DNA from: an uncultured bacterium
GTDB taxonomy: Bacteria; Zixibacteria; MSB-5A5; CAIYYT01
Direction of reading: 5' to 3'
Length of the DNA: 64,000 nucleotides
Assembly (NCBI GenBank): GCA_963726455.1
Contig: CAVSCK010000005.1
Coordinates: forward strand, 160,001-224,000
The notes under the pieces were generated by a model that worked only from the letters and a program-made list of their open reading frames with translations, was not told where the DNA came from and made no database searches. A program made the translations under genes and the position numbers. The stretch's first letter is position 1; each line of letters opens with the position of its first letter. Positions 38,890-46,875 of the stretch are shown here, one piece after another.

Positions 38890-39978
38890 TTATGACTTTT
38901 CGTTACTCTTCTTGAGATTGGTGTCAACCACCAGCACCGATCCGGGCATGCGACCAGCCATTCGGCCCGTGGCGACATAAGCTTTCTCACCTGTGGGTGA
39001 AAAAATGATGTCGGAACCGGCGAGCGGAACGAGTGGATTAGGACCGTAGCCGAAGAGCGAGATACCCTGGCGATAGGCGCCGCTGGCGGCATCGAAAACA
39101 TAGATCGTTCCCGAGTCCCAGTCCCAGCCGGGTATGCCAGGATCCGTCATCCAGACTTCGCTGCCGTCAGGCGATACAGCGATCCCGCCGAATCGGCCCA
39201 GCGTCGGATAAGCCCAGATTACGCTTCGGCTGTTGAGATCGTAGCCCATTACGAAGCTCCGTCCGAGATCGTTGAACCACCGAAGGCACTTGAAGTAGAG
39301 CCGGTTTCGAGTGAAATCAATGCACGACCCAATCGGCTGGATAGTGTCTCCGGGCACGAGGTGCATGGGCAGCAACTCCAGCTTGCGGTCAAGGTAATCG
39401 TAGCTGTAGTAATCGAAACCGAGACTACGGTCACCGTTGCCATAGAGTAAGTGGCGTGCTTCGTCCACCCACAGGCCGTAGAACCCGACGATCGTGTCGA
39501 TTCGCTCCACCGCAAAGGATGGCAGATTCATAATGTACAACTCCCCCTGCATACTATTGCCGAGCGCCAGTCCTCGTTGGTTGTCGATGACCGGCAAGAA
39601 ATAGCGGGGCAGTTCAGTCACAAACTGGAGTGTTTGCGCATCGTAGACACGAGTTCGGGCATTGGCAAAGTCGACTGGGTTATAATCGACGATCAGATAG
39701 CGACCATCACCTGTCACTTCCAACCCGGCTGCGTCCCCGAATGACTTGGCTTCCGTAATGCTGTCCACCACAGAGTCACTTTCCATGTCGATCTTGTAGA
39801 CGTTGGACAGAGCTATGTTGAACTCCGAATAGTACAACCACCCCTTGTAATGCTGCACGACTGGATCGGTCGGACAGGTGGGGCAGTCTTTGGAGCAGCC
39901 GGCGGCCATCAGGGCGACCAACAGCAACAGCGCCGTCAGTGAACCGCGGACGCTTCCGAGCAATAACACTTTCTTCAT
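38890..39978 (-). CDS. YncE-like beta-propeller lipoprotein (3' end possibly frameshifted)
   Basis: Lipobox AAGC, CPTCP, SPDGSEVW, FSPTGEKAYV repeats. Confidence 0.8.
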   Translation of the reverse strand: MKKVLLLGSVRGSLTALLLLVALMAAGCSKDCPTCPTDPVVQHYKGWLYYSEFNIALSNVYKIDMESDSVVDSITEAKSFGDAAGLEVTGDGRYLIVDYNPVDFANARTRVYDAQTLQFVTELPRYFLPVIDNQRGLALGNSMQGELYIMNLPSFAVERIDTIVGFYGLWVDEARHLLYGNGDRSLGFDYYSYDYLDRKLELLPMHLVPGDTIQPIGSCIDFTRNRLYFKCLRWFNDLGRSFVMGYDLNSRSVIWAYPTLGRFGGIAVSPDGSEVWMTDPGIPGWDWDSGTIYVFDAASGAYRQGISLFGYGPNPLVPLAGSDIIFSPTGEKAYVATGRMAGRMPGSVLVVDTNLKKSNEKS

Positions 39979-40100
39979 GACATTCTCCCTTCTTAGCTGT
40001 AACTTACCTGCGAATTGTCAGCAGAGCGCAAACTTGCGTTACGTTCTGCTTTTGGGCCCCTCCGCGATCACTGACGTTTGAATCCCTGATTTGTGCAACG

Positions 40101-40172
40101 TCAACGATCCCTGGCGGACAACGCCGGAGGGGCTCGTTGTATTCCGAATAAGTTTGTGAACAAGTCCTTCAT
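40101..40172 (-). CDS. Leader uORF with RAPP motif (MKDLFTNLFGIQRAPPALSARDR)
   Basis: GGGGAAGG RBS; lies within the predicted sigma54 transcript leader; its 3' half forms a hairpin over 40056..40133. Confidence 0.6.
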   Translation of the reverse strand: MKDLFTNLFGIQRAPPALSARDR

Positions 40173-40274
40173 TTTGCCTTCCCCCGTCACTGACAGGATC
40201 TGACAGTGGACGGTGTTCGTGCGCTACCCTGGAAAGATTGGCTTTGGCGTTCAGCCACCATCAGCAGGATGTAG

Positions 40275-40290
40275 TGCAACAAGTGTGCCG
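40275..40290 (-). promoter_or_regulatory. sigma54 promoter, cassette L1
   Basis: CGGCAC-ACTTG-TTGCA; IHF-like TAAGT..TTTGCAAAGATGTTA upstream. Confidence 0.82.
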
Positions 40291-40378
40291 ACTGAGAGTT
40301 TGAACTCTCAGATTTTGCTAAGTGCGAGTTTGCAAAGATGTTAGCCAAGCATCGACATAATCGTCGTCATACTAATTT

Positions 40379-40416
40379 CTCGCGAAATATTCGCGAATTC
40401 GCGAAAAGTTCGCGAA
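40379..40416. promoter_or_regulatory. Putative enhancer: 4 x (T/C)TCGCGAA
   Basis: Sites at 40379, 40390, 40398 and 40409 (11/8/11 spacing, as in L4). Confidence 0.78.
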
Positions 40417-40560
40417 ACCTTACGAGGATTTGCGGCTCCATGTTCTTCTGACCGAGAGGCGGATTCACCGGTTTCGGTGAGGTGATTTCCAGGGGCGTCT
40501 TTGACGATATAAAATGCAGAGACGAAACTAAACAATTTGGAGCGTTATACGTTTTTTCTA

Positions 40561-40588
40561 TTGACAGCACGCTTCACAAGTTTATATT
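40561..40588 (+). promoter_or_regulatory. sigma70 promoter of the secreted-protein/regulator operon
   Basis: TTGACA-16-TATATT. Confidence 0.7.
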
Positions 40589-40638
40589 CGCATTTAGGAT
40601 AGCAAAAAAAGAGCAAGACTCAAACCCAGAGTTTAACT

Positions 40639-40992
40639 ATGATCAAAAGGTTGATGTTATTGGCGACCTTATCGGTCCTCCTCGGGGTGTTGGTACTTTC
40701 CGTGCCGCTCGTGGCCGCTGACAGTGCGAGACCGCTGAAGGGACAGACGACGGTGGTCAAGGCACAACCGGTCACAGCGGGACCCTCGGTTCAAGCAGTT
40801 CCAGCAGCAGGCGCATCATTCCTGCAATTCCTGAGATTCAATATTGCGCGCTGGCTGGGTATTCCCGGTCCGGTAGTCGCGCCAAAGCCGCCGGTCAAGG
40901 ATGGACCGCAGAAGAGCAGTGGCAACTGGATAATTGACCCAAGATATATTAGTGCACCAATGAGGGATAACGGGGGACATGAGCCAACTTAG
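40639..40992 (+). CDS. Small secreted protein (candidate signalling pro-peptide)
   Basis: Sec signal ending VAA-D; Pro/Ala-rich linker, one amphipathic helix, short polar C-terminus; 18 bp upstream of the TPR regulator. Confidence 0.7.
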   Translation: MIKRLMLLATLSVLLGVLVLSVPLVAADSARPLKGQTTVVKAQPVTAGPSVQAVPAAGASFLQFLRFNIARWLGIPGPVVAPKPPVKDGPQKSSGNWIIDPRYISAPMRDNGGHEPT

Positions 40993-41010
40993 TGATAAGG
41001 TATCGCTCTA

Positions 41011-43241
41011 ATGATGATAAGTATTGAGCGTACATTTGCTCAAGTCCACGCTTTGATTGAAAGGGCGGACTATGCCGAGGCGGAGAAGCTTCTTGCACCG
41101 GTGAGAAGTGAGTGCAAAACTCGGAGGGACGCCACGTCGCTTTCCGAAATGTACTTCTGTTACGGAAGATGTTACTATTACACTGGCAGGTATACCAAGG
41201 CCCTAGCTCGTCTGAGAGCGGCTGTCCGCTTATGCCAGGATTCAGCAAATCACAGACTCTTTGCGCGAGAAAAGGTGCTTCTGGGCGTGATTATGCGATC
41301 CCAGGGTAGACAACGAGATGCCGTAGAAGCATTTACAGAAGCTTTTGCTGCGCGCAAGAGGGCGAGGGACTATGACGGACTCTTTGTCCCCCTTGTCCAT
41401 CTCGCACTTTCCCACTTTTTAGGCGGAGATTTGCATCAAGCGCGGTCCGTCATTGGCGAGGCGCTTTCATACACTCTGAAATACAACGGGGTCTCGGATC
41501 TGCGCCTCTGCCTTCTCAATCGTTTTCTTTTCGAGATGTTCTCTGGCGAGCTTGCCAAGTGCCAGGAGACGCTTGCCGAAGTACGTCTACAGGAGCTCGG
41601 CGTCGTGGATTCGGCGCATGTCAGCTTACACTCCGGCCAATTATTCCTCTTCAGAATGCAGAGTGCCGAAGCGAGCGCTCTGATCAAAGAGGCGATGAAT
41701 ACTTACGCTCGAAACCAGATTCGCAGAGACTACGTCGTCTGCCTTGAGTTCCTCGGCATGAACGAGTACTTCGCGGGCAACTACAAGAAAGCGAAAGCAT
41801 ACTACCAACAGGTTCTCGAGATGCCGGAGCCGACGGCCTCGGCGGTGGCGCAGACACTCAGAATGCTGGCGGATGTCTACATAGCGGAAGGCAATTGGCA
41901 GAAAGCGACCGAGACGGCCGCCAAAGCTGAACAGGCGATTACGAAGATCAACGAACGCATCGAACTGGGCGCTTTGTGGCGGGCACTGGCGCAGATTGCC
42001 GAACATGACGGTGATGCGGCTGCGGCGCGCGAGTCCTGATACAGAAGTCGCTGGAACTGTTGCAGCAGTGCGGTGCGCGCTACGAGTTGGCGCTCAGCCA
42101 TGTGGCCGCCGGAATGTCAGCCGCGTTCACAATGGAGGAACGCCGCAATCATCTGGAACTGGCCCGGACGCTGTTCACCGAAATGGGCGTGCCGAAACGC
42201 GTGGCGCAGGTCGAGAAAGCAATTGCCGGGCTGAATCGTGCGGATAAGAAAACGGCTCGCGACGGTAAAGCCAGGATTGAGGCGCCGACAATTATCACCC
42301 GCAGCCCCATGATGCTGTCAATCCTGGAGCAGATCGCGATGGCGCGTGAGTCCGATCTCACGGTGTTAATCACGGGTGAAACGGGAACCGGCAAGGACCT
42401 GATCGCGGAGTATATTCATTACACTTCCCGGCGCGCTGACAAACCGTTTCGTAATGAGAACACTGCCGCCATCACGGAGTCGCTGCTGGAGACGGAATTG
42501 TTTGGCCATTGTAAAGGCGCCTATTCCGGAGCCGACTATGACAAGCCGGGACTGATCGAGTCGAGCGACGGCGGGACGTTCTGCTTCAACGAGATCGCCG
42601 AAATTCCACCGGCGACGCAGGCGAAGCTTTTGCAGGTGCTGGAAAGCAAAAGTGTGCGCCGCCTGGGCGAGGTCGACAAGCGACCGATTGACGTACGCTT
42701 TGTGGCGATGACCAACCAGAATCTGCCGGCTCTGATTGCCCGCCATGAGTTCCGCGAAGACTTATATCACCGGCTGCAGCAGTTGACCTTCCAGTTGCCA
42801 CCGTTACGCGATCGCCGGGAAGATATCACGCCGCTGTTCGAGCATTTCCTGTTATTGGCTGGATTCAGAAAGGAAGGATTGCCGAGCGCGCAACATCCGC
42901 TGGTGGTGGATCGGCTGCGTGAACTGGACTGGCCGGGCAACGTGCGCGAATTGCGCAATTTCTCCGGACGGGTGGCGGCATTGGCTCCCGACGGCGACAC
43001 CAATAAGATCCTGCGCCTCATTGAGGATCAGGCCAGAGAACACGCGAAGAAAGCTGCATCCGACGACAACAACGGCAATGGCCGCCAGACTCCGTACCGC
43101 GAATCTGACGCCGAAGCGCTGGATACGGAAGAAATGGCGGAATGTCTGGAGCGTTGCCGGGGCAATCTCTCGGCCACCGCCCGCGAACTCAACATTCCCG
43201 AGTCCACCCTGCGCTATCGCCTCCGCAGGCAGGGCAAGTAG
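41011..43241 (+). CDS. TPR-domain sigma54 enhancer-binding protein (TPR-AAA+-Fis HTH), split by a frameshift near 42035
   Basis: 41011..42039 is TPR repeats; the other frame continues LIQKSLELLQQC into GETGTGKD, ELFGHCKGAYSGA, FREDLYHRL, WPGNVREL and HTH GNLSATARELNIPESTLRYRL. Confidence 0.88.
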
Positions 43242-43364
43242 CCCGTCGCTGAATCAGACTTAATCAAATTCCACGCACGTCATCCTTCTTCGGACAAAGA
43301 GTCGTCCGGCAAGAGTCGCTGATCGCTGTCTCGCGAACGTGGAGCCGCAAATCCTCGTAAAGAA

Positions 43365-43402
43365 TTCGCGAATTCGCGAACGTTTCGCTAATTTTTCGCG
43401 AA
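43365..43402. promoter_or_regulatory. Putative enhancer: TTCGCGAA x3 + TTCGCTAA
   Basis: Sites at 43365, 43373, 43384 and 43395. Confidence 0.75.
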
Positions 43403-43488
43403 TCTGCGAGTCGGGGTTTGCGAACAAACTTGCACTCCCGGTTTTGTCATTCAACGAGTTAGCAAATTAGTTCCATCACATCCTGAAT

Positions 43489-43504
43489 TGGCACGCCGGT
43501 TGCA
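43489..43504 (+). promoter_or_regulatory. sigma54 promoter, cassette R1
   Basis: TGGCAC-GCCGG-TTGCA; IHF-like ATTCAACGAGTTA upstream. Confidence 0.88.
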
Positions 43505-43549
43505 TTACCGTACTGCAACTGGGCACGGAGTCCATGTCAGGAGAGGAAA

Positions 43550-43633
43550 GTGGCAGGAAGAAAGATTGATACACACGCTGAGGGTACGAACCTCAAAACC
43601 ACACAACTTGCTCTTTTCAGGCGACCCCCGTGA
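43550..43633 (+). CDS. Leader uORF ending RRPP-stop (MAGRKIDTHAEGTNLKTTQLALFRRPP)
   Basis: AGGAGAGG RBS + GTG; a hairpin overlaps the PP-stop codons. Confidence 0.5.
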   Translation: MAGRKIDTHAEGTNLKTTQLALFRRPP

Positions 43634-43765
43634 TGCCCCGCTATCCAAACCTGGTGTCACGGGTAGCACAAGCGACCGGCAGCCACCAAAGCTGCCGGTT
43701 GCTGGAAATCAAAGTAAGTAAAGGTTGAATTTGATGGAATTGTTTACATTCATAGGAGGCAGAAA

Positions 43766-44497
43766 ATGAAGAAGATTATCAGCGGAATCATGATCGTCGT
43801 CTGGTTGGCGACGTTGGTGGGAGGTTGTCAAAGCGGCAATCAGGTTCCGAACAAGGTAGCCGAGCCGCAAAGTTCAGCAATTGAGTCAGGCAACAGCAAG
43901 ATCATGGTTGATCCAAGTCAGGAGAAACATTCCATACTCATGGCGAATCTGGCGTTGCCCGCAGTGGCGAACTTTACCGACACGCTGGAAGCACAGGGCT
44001 ACGGGTACCGGGAAAATAATTCAGTCATCCTGATCGAAAATCACTATGATGACGAGTGGCGAGACGCCGTGCAACCGGCAAACACAGATCAAAGTCTCAA
44101 GCGCTCTCCGAACAGGAGGATCATCGGCGCCGACACTTTAGTCTGGCAAGTTTTCGAGAATGCGGCACTCGATTCGAGCAAACATACGGCGATCATAACG
44201 GGTTACCATGAAGGCCAAGTCAAGAGTGTCTTCGTCGAAGCGAATGTGACTGTCGAGAACCACTCACTCATTCGGGGTATGGTCTTAGATGGAAATGGGT
44301 CCACAATGGATGATCCCCTTGTTTTCGGCTTTTGGACCAACTGGGGTACTTGTGTCGCGGTGGCCACGGCTCGCTGCCTCGTTACTTGTGGGTTATCGGG
44401 ACCACTATACCTACATTGTCTCGCGGGGTGCGAAGGTTGGGCCATCACCTTCTGCGCTATTGGGGCATACTTAACTTGCTTGATAACTAACAGATAG
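43766..44497 (+). CDS. Lipoprotein with C-terminal hydrophobic Cys-rich bacteriocin-like (halocin C8-like) tip
   Basis: Lipobox VGGC; C-terminal WTNWGTCVAVATARCLVTCGLSGPLYLHCLAGCEGWAITFCAIGAYLTCLITNR (7 Cys). Confidence 0.7.
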   Translation: MKKIISGIMIVVWLATLVGGCQSGNQVPNKVAEPQSSAIESGNSKIMVDPSQEKHSILMANLALPAVANFTDTLEAQGYGYRENNSVILIENHYDDEWRDAVQPANTDQSLKRSPNRRIIGADTLVWQVFENAALDSSKHTAIITGYHEGQVKSVFVEANVTVENHSLIRGMVLDGNGSTMDDPLVFGFWTNWGTCVAVATARCLVTCGLSGPLYLHCLAGCEGWAITFCAIGAYLTCLITNR

Positions 44498-44520
44498 TAG
44501 ATGAGAAGGAATCACATCTA

Positions 44521-44772
44521 ATGAATTGGCTCGCTTCAAAGAAGAACGGCATCAGGATTTCGACTGCTGTCTTTTGTCTCACGGGTGTGCTGTTGCTCGC
44601 CGTAGCTCGGCCCTGGCTGGCCTGGGGTATAGCCGGGCTCGCAGCAGGCCTTGTCAGCTTACCTTCTGCATGCGGGGGAAAGTTCACATTTTGGAAAGTT
44701 TTGGGAATCCTGTCAGCCGAGAGTATTGGGGCGGGTCTGCTTGCCCATTTAATCTATTTGGTAACCCGTTAG
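44521..44772 (+). CDS. Small 3-TM membrane protein, candidate immunity protein
   Basis: Directly after the Cys-rich precursor; similar to 48188..48445 (TFW[K/Q]V). Confidence 0.65.
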   Translation: MNWLASKKNGIRISTAVFCLTGVLLLAVARPWLAWGIAGLAAGLVSLPSACGGKFTFWKVLGILSAESIGAGLLAHLIYLVTR

Positions 44773-44908
44773 AAGCGACAACATCGGATTTGCACCGCAG
44801 GATGTGTCACAGGGTCGGAGTGACGTTACTTCGACCCTATTGATCATAAACATGGCCGTCGCCGAAGCGCGGCTCGATTACCGAACTTAGATTTTCTGCT
44901 TAAGTTCA

Positions 44909-44983
44909 GTAGGTCGAAACCCCTGGTGGAATTAAGTGTTCTCTACAACTCCCTTTCCGGGGTTTCGACACTTTCGTAACTAC
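44909..44983. repeat. REP-like inverted element (GTCGAAACCCC/GGGGTTTCGAC family)
   Basis: GTAGGTCGAAACCCC...GGGGTTTCGAC...CTAC; related sites near 56488..56548 and 63859. Confidence 0.55.
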
Positions 44984-45196
44984 ACTCCTTACGATTATCC
45001 ATCCCACAACGAAAACTCGTAGTCTAAGCACAGTACCTCACCGAACGTGGACTCGCAAATCCTCGTAAAGAATTCGCGAATTCGCGAACGTTTCGCTAAT
45101 TTTTCGCGAATCTGCGAGTCGGGGTTTGCGAACAAACTTGCACTCCCGGTTTTGTCATTCAACGAGTTAGCAAATTAGTTCCATCACATCCTGAAT

Positions 45197-45212
45197 TGGC
45201 ACGCCGGTTGCA
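45197..45212 (+). promoter_or_regulatory. sigma54 promoter, cassette R2
   Basis: TGGCAC-GCCGG-TTGCA. Confidence 0.88.
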
Positions 45213-45257
45213 TTACCGTACTGCAACTGGGCACGGAGTCCATGTCAGGAGAGGAAA

Positions 45258-45341
45258 GTGGCAGGAAGAAAGATTGATACACACGCTGAGGGTACGAACC
45301 TCAAAACCACACAACTTGCTCTTTTCAGGCGACCCCCGTGA
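45258..45341 (+). CDS. Leader uORF ending RRPP-stop (copy 2)
   Basis: Identical to 43550..43633. Confidence 0.5.
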   Translation: MAGRKIDTHAEGTNLKTTQLALFRRPP

Positions 45342-45473
45342 TGCCCCGCTATCCAAACCTGGTGTCACGGGTAGCACAAGCGACCGGCAGCCACCAAAGC
45401 TGCCGGTCGCGGGAAATCAAAGTAAGTAAAGGTTGAATTTGATGGAATTGTTTACATTCATAGGAGGCAGAAA

Positions 45474-46350
45474 ATGAAGAAGATTATCAGTGGAATCATG
45501 ATCGTCGTCTGGTTGGCGACGTTGGTGGGAGGTTGCAACCAAACCAGTAGGCCCAGTTCGTCGCAAGAGACTGCCGTTGCTCAATTTGAACTCGAATCTG
45601 CGAAAGTTCGGGTCACTCATTTCGCTTACGATTCCCAACAAGGAAGCTTCCAAGTCAATATGCAGTTAGCTTGGTCTGGTGGCGAAGTTACGAAGAACGT
45701 CGCTGCCTTTACAGCGCAGCGGTTGAATGGTGCGTGGAACGGTGCCAGTGTGAGTCTTCGCGACGAGCGTGGGAAGCTTCTTTGGGAATACTTTATCGAT
45801 TGGGACATCAATGATACCACTTGGATAAGAATTCAGGAAAGAACCGACAGAGACGCGCTCTCGATCAAGGAGATTCAGACCCCAATTCGACCACCGAGGA
45901 ATACGTCTTCAATGGAGTGCGGAAGAATTTCACTTGTCCGAAGTATTTGTCGGAAAGTCTGTCAAACGCCAAGCCCGCGACGTTGTCCGAGGCCGATCAG
46001 AGTTTATTGGAGGAGCTGAAGAGTCAGTTTCTTTCGTTCTATAATCCGGACAACAGCCTGTCGTCCAATCGTTACGGCCTTTTGCTGAACGAGCTGCTTA
46101 GCAATGACGGCTTTAAGACCTGGATGAGGAGTTCTGTCGTAGGTGCCGGCACTGCTTCGCACCAGGAAGGCCTGGCGTTATTCACGGACAAGTCAGAGAA
46201 GACAAAGGACTGGAATTGCACTCTGGCCGACGCCTGTTCTACTTTTAGGTGCTCGGGAACAGGCTTAGCAATCCATTGTGTGTTCCCTGCATCGGGTTGA
46301 GTATTGCATGCCTCATTGCAGATATCGTAGGCCTAATTCAGGACAAATAA
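45474..46350 (+). pseudogene. Frameshifted lipoprotein with C-terminal Cys-rich bacteriocin-like tip (may be intact if indels are sequencing errors)
   Basis: Adding one C (~45881) and one A (~46271) in short homopolymers restores one ORF ending DWNCTLADACSTFRCSGTGLANPLCVPCIGLSIACLIADIVGLIQDK*. Confidence 0.65.
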
Positions 46351-46418
46351 CGGAAACAAGTGCAGTCCAAGAAGATGTTAACCGTATCTTCGGATACTAG
46401 ATTTTCAGGAGATTACAG

Positions 46419-46663
46419 ATGGGAATTGTGCTTTTTCTACTAGCTGCCTTGATCCTAATGATTGGCGGTGTATGGCTAATGTTTGAGTCGCTCAAGTACA
46501 AGAAGCCTGATTCACCTCGCTACCCAGTTCACATATCCGGCCTGGTTCACTCCGGTCTGGAAACAAAGAGATGGTTCACTCCCACTTGATATCGAAGAAA
46601 TGCACTCGGGTGTTCGCTCACGGGATGTGGCGCGCTCCTCGGCCTCATCTATTCGACACTTAA
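46419..46663 (+). pseudogene. Small membrane protein, frameshifted (candidate immunity for R2)
   Basis: AGGAG RBS + MGIVLFLLAALILMIGGVWLMF; a second hydrophobic segment (GCGALLGLIY) lies in another frame. Confidence 0.45.
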
Positions 46664-46875
46664 GATATGTGTGTACCGCTGATCGTGCAACACCACGGAA
46701 CACGCAGGACCAAAAGTCTCGACGAAAGAAACTATCGCGGCGCAAATCGAATTGCGCCGCGAGTATTTCTCAGAATCGCACTGTTGCCCATCTTCTGCAA
46801 TGACCGCGCCCGCGGACCCGCACCTTCTAGCGGTGATGCCGGCCGACTAACCAGAGTCCGAATTAGGAGGACGAG

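Larger units (their letters stand above)
43334..43827 (+). repeat. 494-bp direct repeat copy 1 (enhancer + promoter + leader + signal peptide)
   Basis: Near-identical to 45042..45535 (offset 1708); ends in the lipobox Cys codon. Confidence 0.95.
45042..45535 (+). repeat. 494-bp direct repeat copy 2 (includes enhancer 45073..45110)
   Basis: Near-identical to 43334..43827. Confidence 0.95.

Noticed and set aside
38820-39101. N-terminal extension of the S8 peptidase in the ORF track
   Set aside because: Overlaps the upstream lipoprotein gene; the signal peptide starts at 38819.
43488-43721. 77-aa ORF MARRLHYR... (and its copy at 45196..45429)
   Set aside because: Starts inside the sigma54 -24 box, upstream of the expected TSS; it is conserved only because the DNA is duplicated.
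32600-45535. Integron cassette array (attC sites)
   Set aside because: No integron integrase; cassettes carry their own promoters and point in both directions; the hairpins lack clear attC R/L boxes.
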